Virus record (IMG/VR): IMGVR_UViG_3300020042_003067
Coordinates: 1-24,741 of that record
Source: a virus
Taxonomy: Duplodnaviria > Caudoviricetes
Length of the DNA stretch: 24,741 nt
Reading direction: 5' to 3' (one strand)
This document shows, one piece after another, positions 1-9,224 of the stretch. Position 1 is the first letter of the stretch. Every line of letters starts with the position of its first letter. The position numbers were made by a program, and so were the translations under genes. Under the pieces are notes generated by a model that saw nothing but the letters and a program-made list of their open reading frames with translations, ran no database searches and had not been told where the DNA came from.

Positions 1-2
1 TT

Positions 3-167
3 TACTTTGAGCAACTGCCAAATGGAAAGTTATTAGGCGAAGATATTTACTTTTGCATTAAAGCGAAAGATGCAGGAATAGATACTTATGTGGATCACGA
101 TCTCTCAATGGAGATAGGCCACATAGGTAATTACACATACGGCTGGCATAATATTGAGGTGTCCTAA
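3..167 (+). CDS. C-terminal end of GT-A (GT2-like) glycosyltransferase-like phage protein, 5'-truncated by window edge
   Basis: Manual translation of frame 3: YFEQLPNGKLLGEDIYFCIKAKDAGIDTYVDHDLSMEIGHIG...EVS*. The GED.YFC...G...D...GHIG pattern is typical of GT2-like C-termini. Its TAA overlaps the ATG at 167. Confidence 0.7.
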   Translation, partial: YFEQLPNGKLLGEDIYFCIKAKDAGIDTYVDHDLSMEIGHIGNYTYGWHNIEVS

Positions 168-787
168 TGGGCTTTGCAACATATACAGAACTAAAGACTT
201 CTATAGCCAACTATCTAGGTCGATCCGATTTAACGGCAGTCATCCCTGACTTTATTACGTTTGCAGAGATTCGCTTATCAAGGGAGATCCGTACTCGCCA
301 AACCCTCAAGGCTGCTACAGCAACAATGACGGCTGGCGATTCTACTGTTGGTTTGCCTACAGACTTCTTAGAGATGCGAGATATATTTACTCAAGGCAAT
401 CCAAGAAACACCATTAGCTACTTATCGCCTTCTTTGTTCTCTCGTAATGCTAGGGCTGGTGAGTCTGGTCTGCCGGTGTACTACACAATTATTGGCGCTG
501 AAATCCAATTTGCTCCAGTACCAGATTCGGCCTATGTTGTAGAGATGCTTTATTACTACAAGCCAACGCCATTATCTACAAGTGTAGCTACAAATGACTA
601 TCTTGCTAACTTCCCAGATGCCCTGCTTTACGCATCCTTGGCAGAGGCAGAGCCTTATCTTATGAACGATGCCAGAGTGCAAACTTGGGCTACCTTATAC
701 GATAGAGCAACTTCTGATATTAACGGATCAGACGAAAGCTCAGAGTACGCTGGAGTACCACTAACAATGCAATTAACATCACGATAG
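167..787 (+). CDS. Putative head-tail adaptor / tail tubular A-like virion protein
   Basis: 206 aa; TYTELKTSIANYL N-terminus, G.P.YY and FAPVPD..Y motifs typical of podovirus adaptor proteins; GAGG RBS; position in the structural block. Confidence 0.65.
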   Translation: MGFATYTELKTSIANYLGRSDLTAVIPDFITFAEIRLSREIRTRQTLKAATATMTAGDSTVGLPTDFLEMRDIFTQGNPRNTISYLSPSLFSRNARAGESGLPVYYTIIGAEIQFAPVPDSAYVVEMLYYYKPTPLSTSVATNDYLANFPDALLYASLAEAEPYLMNDARVQTWATLYDRATSDINGSDESSEYAGVPLTMQLTSR

Positions 788-794
788 GAAAATC

Positions 795-1184
795 ATGTCT
801 GCAATCTCAAACTACCTAGAGAACGCATTAATTAACGCTACTCTAAGAAACACATCATACACATCACCTACTACAGTTTATGCTGCCCTATTTACTTCTG
901 ATCCAACAGAAGCAGGATCAGGTACAGAATGTACTGGCACAGGCTACACTCGCAAGGCCATTACCTTTGCTGCTCCTTCTAACGGAGTAACGACCAACTC
1001 TGCGGCTGCTGTTGAGTTTGACCAGGCTACAGGTTCATGGGGAACGATTACTCACTTTGCAATTTTTGATGCCTTAACTACCGGCAATATGCTGTACTAT
1101 GGTGCGCTAACCACATCTAAGACTATTGCAAGTGGCGATGTATTTAAGTTTGCTACATCAAGCGTATCAGTAACTTTAGCGTAA
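795..1184 (+). CDS. Conserved phage virion/tail protein
   Basis: 129 aa; SNYLEN..L, Y.AL.T.DP, Y.R, WGTITH..I.DA.T.GN.L pattern common in phage tail modules; AGGA RBS. Confidence 0.65.
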   Translation: MSAISNYLENALINATLRNTSYTSPTTVYAALFTSDPTEAGSGTECTGTGYTRKAITFAAPSNGVTTNSAAAVEFDQATGSWGTITHFAIFDALTTGNMLYYGALTTSKTIASGDVFKFATSSVSVTLA

Positions 1185-1192
1185 GGTAAGCC

Positions 1193-1825
1193 ATGTCTAC
1201 GATAGTTACCAGAAGTGGTAAGGGATCACCTCTTACCCATAATGAAGTAGATACCAACTTTAGTAATCTCAACACAGACAAAATACAGTCTGGTAATACT
1301 GTTGCTGCGCTAACAATTACATCTGCAAGCGTAGTAGATTTAGCCGTTACAGGAATTACTAGCTTTGATGGCGCACAAGGAACAGCAGGTCAAGTATTAA
1401 CATCGGCTGGTACAGGCAATACTCCTGCTTGGGGCGATGTAGTAACGCCAACAGGAACGCAGACTCTTACCAATAAAACTCTAACAGACCCAGCTTTGAT
1501 TGGCACTATTTTAGAAGATGTGTTTACGATTACCGATGTTGCTGCATTTGAGATTGACCCAGCAAACGGCTCTATTCAGATTATTGTCTTAGGCGCAAGT
1601 CGCACACCAAAAGGCACAAACTTTTTAGCAGGTGAGGCAATCACCCTGCTAGTAGATGATGGCACAGCGTACACAATTACTTGGACTGATTCTACATTTG
1701 GTACTGGTGGAATAACTTGGGTTGGTGGCACAGCACCTACATTGTCTACATCTGGATACACAGTCATTGAGCTATGGAAAGTTGGCAGTAAGGTTTATGG
1801 AGCTTCAATAGGTGGAGTAGCCTAA
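1193..1825 (+). CDS. Tail fibre-like structural protein
   Basis: 210 aa, Thr/Gly-rich; GTAGQVLTS.G, TQTLTNKTLT and W.GGTAPTL motifs typical of fibre proteins. Confidence 0.6.
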   Translation: MSTIVTRSGKGSPLTHNEVDTNFSNLNTDKIQSGNTVAALTITSASVVDLAVTGITSFDGAQGTAGQVLTSAGTGNTPAWGDVVTPTGTQTLTNKTLTDPALIGTILEDVFTITDVAAFEIDPANGSIQIIVLGASRTPKGTNFLAGEAITLLVDDGTAYTITWTDSTFGTGGITWVGGTAPTLSTSGYTVIELWKVGSKVYGASIGGVA

Positions 1826-3825
1826 TGCTTAGTCACAAGCTAAGACGTTTCAGAGCTGCTGCTGCACAGGCTACGGATGCTAACTTTAAGCAAGTTAGCG
1901 TATTGCTTCATGGTGATGGAACTAATGGGTCGCAGAATAATACCTTTTTAGATTCTTCTACTAATAACTTTACTATTGCCCGTAATGGCACTCCTACGCA
2001 AGGTACATACACACCGTTTAGCCAAGCAGCTGGTTATTTTAGTAATAACTTTAATGGAACAAACGACCTTTTATCACTTGCAGATAATGCACAATATACA
2101 TTTGGAACTAGCAATTTTACGATAGAAGCATATATTTACAATCGTTTAAACCCGGGAACTGAAGTTCCAATTTTTAGCAAACAAAACCCAAGTCCACTAA
2201 GGGCTATACAATTTAGAATACTTTCAGCAAACACGTTAGATTTTGTATTCACTAAAAATGGTGGAACATTAATTGCTAACTTTACTACTACTTCAACTGT
2301 TCCATTAAACCAATGGGTACACATTGCTGTAGTTAGAAACGGAGTCACATTAACTTTATATATTAATGGAGTTTCTTCAGCTACACACACTTTGACGGCA
2401 GGAGATGCAATTGATAGTCCTGTTGCAAGCGTCATTATTGGCGGCTTTAACGCATCTTTCCCGAATAGGTTTTTTAACGGGTATATATCAAATTTTCGTT
2501 GGGTTATTGGAACTGCCGTTTATACATCCGCTTTTACCCCAAGCACTATACCGCTTACGGCCATTACAAATACAAGGTTGCTTACTTGCCAGTCTAATCG
2601 GTTTGTAGATAACTCAAGTAATAATTTTACTATTTCTCAAATTAGTACACCTTCAGTACAGCCTTGGAGTCCTTTTGCACCAACTTCTGCATATAGCACA
2701 AGCGTAAATGGTGGAAGTAATTATTTTAATGGCAGTACAGATTATTTAAGTGTTTCTGATAATGTAAATTTACAATTTGGAACTAACGCATTTACAATTC
2801 AATGCTGGGTTTATAGAAGCGTTGCTGGAACAGCACATTCAATCGTTTCTAAGGGCGGTGCATCAACTGGGTTTACTTTGGGTATAACTTCAACCAATGT
2901 ATTGCGTTTTACTAACACAACAACTAATATTGATACAACTACAACAATTCCTGCTAATGCTTGGACTCATGTAGCTGCCGTAAGAACTAGCACATCAACA
3001 AATGGCTTTCAACTTTATATAAATGGTATAAGTTCAGCCACATCTACTGTTGCAACTGATTTTAATCAAACTTCTACGCTTTATGCTGGTGCTAATAGAA
3101 GTGCATCTACTGTAATGAATGGGTATATTGCTGACTTGCGTTATGTTAATGGAACAGCAGAAACAATAACAGTTCCAACAGCACCTTTAACAGCTATTAC
3201 AAATACTTCATTACTTCTGAGTGGAACTAACGCTGGGATTGTAGATAACGCTATTAAAAGCGATTCTATTACGGTTGGTGCAACGCAAGTCAATACTTCT
3301 ATTGTTAAATATGGAACAGGCTCAATTAGTTTTAATGGCACAACAAGCGTTTTAAACTTTCCTAATAATCCTTATTACGCTTTTGGAACGGGAAGTTTTA
3401 CAATTGAGGCATGGGTTTACCCTAACTCTGTAACGGCTTTACAGTCATTAATAGACACTCGTTCTACCGCTACTGCCACAACAGGAATATTAATTTCAAT
3501 TACTGCCCTTGGGTTTATTTCAGTAACGGTAAATAATGCTATTTTGTTTACTTCTTCTACTGGAATTACAATAAGCGCATGGACTCATGTAGCCGTAGTA
3601 AAAAGTGGCACAACAATTACGCTTTATTTAAACGGCACAAAGCCTGTTACTGGCTCAGGAACATCATCAACTAGCCTTACAGACCAATTTTTAAGACTAG
3701 GTGCATCTGCTGGTACTGCTGCAAACTTTTACAATGGCTATTTAGATGAAGTGCGTATTACCAATGGTGTTGCAAGATACCTTGCCGACTTTACTGCGCC
3801 TACTGCGCCATTCCCTAATCAATAA
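1825..3825 (+). CDS. Virion protein with three LamG/concanavalin A-like lectin domains (putative receptor-binding protein)
   Basis: 666 aa; three repeats of FGT..FTIE/Q.W/Y, W.HVA.V, LY.NG and F.GY...R; two PLTAITNT.LL linkers. Confidence 0.85.
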   Translation: MLSHKLRRFRAAAAQATDANFKQVSVLLHGDGTNGSQNNTFLDSSTNNFTIARNGTPTQGTYTPFSQAAGYFSNNFNGTNDLLSLADNAQYTFGTSNFTIEAYIYNRLNPGTEVPIFSKQNPSPLRAIQFRILSANTLDFVFTKNGGTLIANFTTTSTVPLNQWVHIAVVRNGVTLTLYINGVSSATHTLTAGDAIDSPVASVIIGGFNASFPNRFFNGYISNFRWVIGTAVYTSAFTPSTIPLTAITNTRLLTCQSNRFVDNSSNNFTISQISTPSVQPWSPFAPTSAYSTSVNGGSNYFNGSTDYLSVSDNVNLQFGTNAFTIQCWVYRSVAGTAHSIVSKGGASTGFTLGITSTNVLRFTNTTTNIDTTTTIPANAWTHVAAVRTSTSTNGFQLYINGISSATSTVATDFNQTSTLYAGANRSASTVMNGYIADLRYVNGTAETITVPTAPLTAITNTSLLLSGTNAGIVDNAIKSDSITVGATQVNTSIVKYGTGSISFNGTTSVLNFPNNPYYAFGTGSFTIEAWVYPNSVTALQSLIDTRSTATATTGILISITALGFISVTVNNAILFTSSTGITISAWTHVAVVKSGTTITLYLNGTKPVTGSGTSSTSLTDQFLRLGASAGTAANFYNGYLDEVRITNGVARYLADFTAPTAPFPNQ

Positions 3826-3833
3826 GGATTTAT

Positions 3834-4298
3834 ATGTTAATTGCAAAAATTGAAGATGAACAAGTTGTTGCTGTAGCTGACTACAAATCCATGTTTCCTA
3901 ATACATCGTTTCCAAGTTCTGGTGCTAACGCTCAATTCCTTGAAGATAATAGCTGTTTAGGTGTTACTGTGTTTAAGACACATAACTCTAATACTGAAAA
4001 GCTAGTATCGGCTGTTCCATACATTGAAGATAATCAAGTCTTTACTGTTGCAGTAGAACCTTTAACCGAAGACGAGATTGCATCTAAGAGTGCTTCTCAA
4101 GCCGCTACAATTCGTAAGCAACGAGATGATTTACTAGCACTATGCGATTGGACTCAACTGACAGATGCTCCTGTAGATAAACAAGCATGGTCTACTTATC
4201 GACAAGCATTAAGAGATATTAGCAATCAAGCTGGTTTTCCTTGGGAAGTAGAGTTTCCTAAAGACCCTAATTATGTAGAGCCAGTAACTTTTTCTTGA
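3834..4298 (+). CDS. Tail fibre assembly chaperone
   Basis: C-terminal R..RD.LL..CDWTQL.DAP...W..YRQALRDI..Q.GFP is the hallmark of phage tail assembly chaperones; directly follows the LamG gene. Confidence 0.85.
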   Translation: MLIAKIEDEQVVAVADYKSMFPNTSFPSSGANAQFLEDNSCLGVTVFKTHNSNTEKLVSAVPYIEDNQVFTVAVEPLTEDEIASKSASQAATIRKQRDDLLALCDWTQLTDAPVDKQAWSTYRQALRDISNQAGFPWEVEFPKDPNYVEPVTFS

Positions 4299-4316
4299 TG
4301 TTTGGATAAAAAAATA

Positions 4317-4862
4317 ATGGCTTACGAAGATCAATATGTCGTATATGGTTATTGGGAATACGATTATTGCGTAGGAGATGTATTAGCTACAGATGGTGCT
4401 GGATCTGTAAATGGCATTGGTACTGCTATTGCTTTTCCTACAGTAATATTACTTTTTTCCGCAAGCATTACAGGAGTTGGCTCTACATCCGCAGATGGCA
4501 TAAGAGTAGCATTGGGTGATGGCTCTATTAACGGAGTTGGAACGGTTGTATCAGAAGGAATAAGGCAAGCATTAGGCGCTGGATCTATTAATGGCATAGG
4601 ATCAATAAGTGGCCTTGGAAACTTTACTGCTAGTGGAAACGGATCAATCGTAGGATTGGGAACAGTTTTAGTAAATGGCAATGCGGTTTTTTCAGCAAAC
4701 TCATCTGTAAACGGAATTGGTACAATAGTTGTTGTTGGGTATCGAATTGGTGAGGAGTGGAGCAATTCTGGAGTAGGCGGTAATACTTGGACAGCAGCAA
4801 ATGTTACAAGCAATAATTGGACAGACAAAACAACGGGAAGTAATACATGGCTACCTCAATAG
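4317..4862 (+). CDS. Gly-rich repeat virion protein (six ~20-aa repeats)
   Basis: ATG at 4317 preferred to TTG at 4302; repeats of GS(I/V)NG(I/V)G(T/S) every 20 aa; Trp-spaced C-terminal tail. Confidence 0.65.
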   Translation: MAYEDQYVVYGYWEYDYCVGDVLATDGAGSVNGIGTAIAFPTVILLFSASITGVGSTSADGIRVALGDGSINGVGTVVSEGIRQALGAGSINGIGSISGLGNFTASGNGSIVGLGTVLVNGNAVFSANSSVNGIGTIVVVGYRIGEEWSNSGVGGNTWTAANVTSNNWTDKTTGSNTWLPQ

Positions 4863-6271
4863 TAGAATTTGGCGAATGGCTACCAGACCAAGCTGGAATA
4901 ACTGGTTCTATACAGGATGCCTACAATGTCGTTCCCCAGGCAGTAGGCTATGGCCCATTTCCTGAGTTGGTAGAGTTATCTGGCGCAGCAAGCGAAAACC
5001 TAAACAATGTATTTGCTACTAAGTTTGGTGGCACTACTACTTTGTTTGCTGGTGGCTTTACTAAACTATTTAAATACAATTCGACTACATTAGCATTAGC
5101 AGATGTTTCTAAATCTGGTGGATACTCTAGTTCTAATCGTTGGACTTTTGCTCAATATGGGCCATCCCTGATTGCTGCCAATGGCGTAAACAAACTCCAA
5201 GTATGGAACTTAGCAAGTTCTACAGCATTTGCTGATTTAGATGCCGCAGCTCCTACTGCTAAGTTTGTGACTACAGTTAGAGATTTTGTAGTGGCTGGCA
5301 ATGTATCAGGAGAGGAATCTAAGGTTTATTGGTCTGATTTAAACGATGAAACCGATTGGACTCCTGGGGCTACAAGCCAATCTGATAGCCAAGTCATTGC
5401 AGATGGTGGCGATATTCGTGGCATTACTGGTGGTGAGTATGGATTGGTTTTCCTAGAAAAAGCAATCTCTAGGATGTCTTATGTAGGCGCTCCACTATTC
5501 TTTCAGTTTGATACCATTGCTAGGAATATTGGGTGCTATGAGGCAAATTCAATAGCCCAGTTTGGTAACTTAGTATTTTTCCTAGCTGATGATGGCTTTT
5601 ATATGTGCGATGGGCAGACAGTTACGCCTATCGGAGCAGAAAAAGTAGATCGCTACTTCTTTACTTTTGCAGATCAATCTCAAATTGATAAGATGAGTGC
5701 CAGCATAGATGTCATTCGTAAACTAATCGTTTGGCAATACACAGACATCTTTGCCCAGAAACGATTAATAATTTACAACTTCCAAACTAAAAAATGGTCT
5801 GAGGCGGACACTACTTCTACTTATGTAGCAACATTGGCACAGGCTGGAGTAACCCTAGAAGGCTTAGATACCTTTGGGAATATGGACACTATAAGCACTT
5901 CTTTTGATAGCCGTATTTGGGCTGGCGGTAAGTTTGTATTGGCAGGAGTAAAAGATACCAAAATTGTTACTTTTACTGGGGCTAATAAGTCTGGTTATGT
6001 CACTACAGGCGATCTAGGCAACGGAAACCAGTCAATCATTATGTTAGCCAAGCCAAAGGTAGATACTGGCTCTGCAAGCGTTTCTGTAGCCTCTAGAGCG
6101 TTGTTAAACGAAGTCCCTAGCTTTGGTACTGCCGTAGCAGCAGACAGCGAGAACAGGGTATCCCTACGTGCTGGTGGCAAATACCATAGAGTAAGGGTTT
6201 ACCCTAGCGGTGCTAACTGGAAAACGGCTGCTGCCGTAGAAATTGATTTAGTTCCACAGGGCGGCAGATAA
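4847..6271 (+). CDS. Tail stabilisation / nozzle protein (P22 gp10-like beta-propeller)
   Basis: 474 aa, beta-rich; FGEWLPDQ start, WSD.ND.TDW, IGC...NSI and F.L..DGFY motifs; position before the ejection genes. Confidence 0.7.
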   Translation: MATSIVEFGEWLPDQAGITGSIQDAYNVVPQAVGYGPFPELVELSGAASENLNNVFATKFGGTTTLFAGGFTKLFKYNSTTLALADVSKSGGYSSSNRWTFAQYGPSLIAANGVNKLQVWNLASSTAFADLDAAAPTAKFVTTVRDFVVAGNVSGEESKVYWSDLNDETDWTPGATSQSDSQVIADGGDIRGITGGEYGLVFLEKAISRMSYVGAPLFFQFDTIARNIGCYEANSIAQFGNLVFFLADDGFYMCDGQTVTPIGAEKVDRYFFTFADQSQIDKMSASIDVIRKLIVWQYTDIFAQKRLIIYNFQTKKWSEADTTSTYVATLAQAGVTLEGLDTFGNMDTISTSFDSRIWAGGKFVLAGVKDTKIVTFTGANKSGYVTTGDLGNGNQSIIMLAKPKVDTGSASVSVASRALLNEVPSFGTAVAADSENRVSLRAGGKYHRVRVYPSGANWKTAAAVEIDLVPQGGR

Positions 6272-7053
6272 TGTTTCGTAGACTTCCTCCTGCTGGTGGC
6301 GATCAACGAGCTGTAGCCGAGATCGTCAATGGAATGATGGATGGCAAGACCAACAATACTGGGCTTGTTACATTAGCCACAGGGAACGCTACAACCACCA
6401 CTATTAATGATCCTAGAATAAGTAGAGATTCTATGATTCTGCTAGTGCCTAAGTCGGCTGCTGCTTTTGCCGATACTGCACCTTATGGAGCGTTTCAAGA
6501 CTCTACAGATCAAGCGGCAGCAAGCACTACAACTGCATATCCAATGACATTTGACACCACAGATTTTTCTAATGGTGTTTATTTATCTAATAGTAGTCGT
6601 TTAAATGCTAGAAATGCAGGTATTTATAATGTGCAATTTAGCGTACAGTTACAAAATACAGATAACGCACAACATACTGTAGATATTTGGTTTAGAAAAA
6701 ACGGTACTAATATTACAGCATCAAATAGTATGTTTACTGTACCAGCAAGAAAAAGCGCAAGTATTTATGGTCATCTTATTGCAGCCATAAATTACTTTGT
6801 AGAACTTGCAGCAAATGATTATGTAGAAATTGTATGGCGAGCAGAAAGTACAACAGTTTCAATAGAACAACTGCCAACGCAAACTAGCCCAACAAGACCA
6901 GCAACACCATCAGTTATAGCAACTATGCAGTATGTAGCCCCTAACGCTATGGATAATGTGTATGTCAGCGCACAGACAAATGGCAGCGCAACACTTAGCC
7001 ATTTTGCCAACAGTACGGCAAGCAAAACTTATGGATATGTAATAGTTGGATAA
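6271..7053 (+). CDS. Tail tip/needle-position protein with internal C1q/TNF-like domain
   Basis: 260 aa; YGAF...FDTT...AGIYNVQFSVQ...IW.RKNG...L.ANDYVEI.W is a C1q/BclA-like jelly-roll pattern. Confidence 0.6.
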   Translation: MFRRLPPAGGDQRAVAEIVNGMMDGKTNNTGLVTLATGNATTTTINDPRISRDSMILLVPKSAAAFADTAPYGAFQDSTDQAAASTTTAYPMTFDTTDFSNGVYLSNSSRLNARNAGIYNVQFSVQLQNTDNAQHTVDIWFRKNGTNITASNSMFTVPARKSASIYGHLIAAINYFVELAANDYVEIVWRAESTTVSIEQLPTQTSPTRPATPSVIATMQYVAPNAMDNVYVSAQTNGSATLSHFANSTASKTYGYVIVG

Positions 7054-7090
7054 TTACCACTTTTCTACCAATTGTAGGTAAAATTATGGT

Positions 7091-7477
7091 ATGCAAAAAA
7101 TCTATGTAAAACCAGAGGATTTGAGGCTGTACTGGGATTATGTTAGAAAAGGTTTATTAAAGATTTTAAGTAAGACACCCGAAGGATGGATTCCAGAGGA
7201 TGTATATGTAGAATGTTTCAATAACAAGGCTCTTTTATGGGCTTTCTCGCAGGACAACCGAATAGTAGGCTTTTCGGTTCTGCAACCCCAAGGCGATAAT
7301 CTACATATATGGTGTTCATATTTTGAGCATAACCTCGATCCTTGTTGGCAGGCTCTATTAGAGATTGCCAAAGCTGGTGGAGCAAGTACAGTAACTTTTG
7401 ATTCTCATCGTAAAGGATGGGATGTGATAGCAAGAAAATATGGGTTTAGGCCTAGAAAATGGATAAAGGAAATTTGA
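7091..7477 (+). CDS. GNAT-fold-like protein (T7 gp13 / P22 gp14 position)
   Basis: 128 aa; IVGF.VL...LHIW..Y...LLE.AK..G...V.F.S.RKGW....KYGF pattern; lies between tail and ejection genes. Confidence 0.55.
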   Translation: MQKIYVKPEDLRLYWDYVRKGLLKILSKTPEGWIPEDVYVECFNNKALLWAFSQDNRIVGFSVLQPQGDNLHIWCSYFEHNLDPCWQALLEIAKAGGASTVTFDSHRKGWDVIARKYGFRPRKWIKEI

Positions 7478-7478
7478 T

Positions 7479-8528
7479 ATGGGTGGAATAGGAAGTCTTT
7501 TTGGCGGTGGCGGTGGACAACAAGTTCAAGAAAGAACTACTACTACTCGCAACGAAATTGATCCAATGCTCAAGCCTTATGTAGAGTTTGGTTTGGGTGA
7601 GGCTAGGAAGTTATACGAAGCACAAGGCCCATCCTACTTCCCAGGGCAAACCTATGTAAGCCCTACGGAAACCACTTTATCTGCGCTACAGTCTGGTGAA
7701 CAACGAGCTATGGCTGGCAGTCCATTACTAAGGGCAGCACAGGCTGAAAACTTGGCTAATGTACAGGGTCAATACTTAGGCGGAAACCCTTTCTTTCAAG
7801 GCGCATTTAATCCTGCTGCTAAGGCTGCTCAACAATCCTACTATGATGCTATCCAAAATGTAGCCTCTAAAGCCTCTAGTGCTGGTCGCTATGGATCTGG
7901 CGCTTATGGTCAATTGACAGATCGTGCCGGTGGCACTTTTGCTACTGCGCTTACTGATGTTGCTGGAAAGTTAGCCTATCAGAATTATGCAGATGAAAGA
8001 GCAAGACAGGCTGCTGCTACTGCTGCTGCGCCTGGCATGGCAGAGGCAGACTACGGAGATATTCAGCGTTTACTAGCAATCGGACAAGGCAGAGAAGGTT
8101 ATGCTCAGACTGCATTGCAAGACCAAATCAATCGTTACAACTACGAGCAAAATCTTCCACAAGCAAAACTGCAATCATTCCTAAGTGGCGTATATGGCGC
8201 ACCTAGTGGCGGTATTTCTACATCACAACAGCCTATCTACTCTAACCCAGGACAACAAGCTCTAGGTAACTTGCTAGGAATTGCTGGTACAGGCGCACAA
8301 CTCTATACTGCATTTTCCGATATTCGTACAAAAGAAAATATTGTCAATATTGGTAATGGTAAACACAATCTACCAGTTTATATGTTTGACTATAAGCCCA
8401 AGTGGAAAGACCAAGCTGGTCATGGCAAGTTTATTGGTTACATGGCTCACGAAGTGGAAGAAGTTGCTCCACAAGCAGTTATTACTCGTGCAGATGGAAT
8501 TAAACAAGTTCGCTACGATTTAGTTTAG
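7479..8528 (+). CDS. Putative DNA ejection (internal virion) protein with C-terminal peptidase S74 intramolecular chaperone domain
   Basis: N-terminal MGG...GGGGG, Q/A/G-rich body, then FSDIRTKENI...VY.FDYK...GYMAHEVEEVAPQAV...DG.KQVRY (S74 signature). Confidence 0.75.
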   Translation: MGGIGSLFGGGGGQQVQERTTTTRNEIDPMLKPYVEFGLGEARKLYEAQGPSYFPGQTYVSPTETTLSALQSGEQRAMAGSPLLRAAQAENLANVQGQYLGGNPFFQGAFNPAAKAAQQSYYDAIQNVASKASSAGRYGSGAYGQLTDRAGGTFATALTDVAGKLAYQNYADERARQAAATAAAPGMAEADYGDIQRLLAIGQGREGYAQTALQDQINRYNYEQNLPQAKLQSFLSGVYGAPSGGISTSQQPIYSNPGQQALGNLLGIAGTGAQLYTAFSDIRTKENIVNIGNGKHNLPVYMFDYKPKWKDQAGHGKFIGYMAHEVEEVAPQAVITRADGIKQVRYDLV

Positions 8529-8536
8529 GACAAATA

Positions 8537-9217
8537 ATGAACTTAGATTTCCTAGATGAGATTTATAAACCAATAAGTAAAGGGTTTTCTGAGGCTGATA
8601 CCTTTATGAATAGGGAGATGCCATTCAATATGAGCTGGGGTTTCCCTGCTGCATTAGTGGCTGCTTATTTTGGTGGCCCTGCTGCAATAAGCGCATTAGG
8701 TGAGGGTGGAGCTGCTAGTGTTGGTGCAGCAGAGGGTGCTGGTGCTACTGCTGGTGGTGGTGGAATGAATAGTCTTTTATCTAACCTTGGTTTAAATGCT
8801 GGCTCATTTGCTGGTCAAGAGGCTTTTTCACTTCCTAGCTCTGCTTACACACCAGAATACCTAAATATGCTTGCAGAATCTCAAGGTGTAGATGCTGGTA
8901 ATGTAAATTACTTAGATAGACTAATGGGCAATACAGAGCAAGGATTATATAAGCAGGAAGGCCTTGCTAAACAAGCATCAGGCCAAACAATGCAAGATAT
9001 GTTCAAAAAACAAGCTCAACAAAAAGCAATTAGCCAATTAGGGCAAAGTGGATCTAAAATGCAAGAGCAAAATACTGCTCAACAAGCAGAACAAAACAGA
9101 ATGGCTCAATTGCAAGCAATGATGCGTAGAGGACAACCAGTAGATACAACTACTGCACTACTCTCTTTATTGCAAGACAGACAACAATCTAAGCAACCTA
9201 GAATATCTTTAATCTGA
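8537..9217 (+). CDS. Putative internal virion/ejection protein
   Basis: 226 aa; hydrophobic G/A-rich segment followed by Q-rich helical region; position within the ejection cluster. Confidence 0.5.
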   Translation: MNLDFLDEIYKPISKGFSEADTFMNREMPFNMSWGFPAALVAAYFGGPAAISALGEGGAASVGAAEGAGATAGGGGMNSLLSNLGLNAGSFAGQEAFSLPSSAYTPEYLNMLAESQGVDAGNVNYLDRLMGNTEQGLYKQEGLAKQASGQTMQDMFKKQAQQKAISQLGQSGSKMQEQNTAQQAEQNRMAQLQAMMRRGQPVDTTTALLSLLQDRQQSKQPRISLI

Positions 9218-9224
9218 GGCAAAT

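Noticed and set aside
1825-3825. Diversity-generating retroelement target or template repeats in the LamG or fibre genes
   Set aside because: No reverse transcriptase and no ~100-bp adenine-variant repeat pair seen; the internal similarity is old domain duplication.
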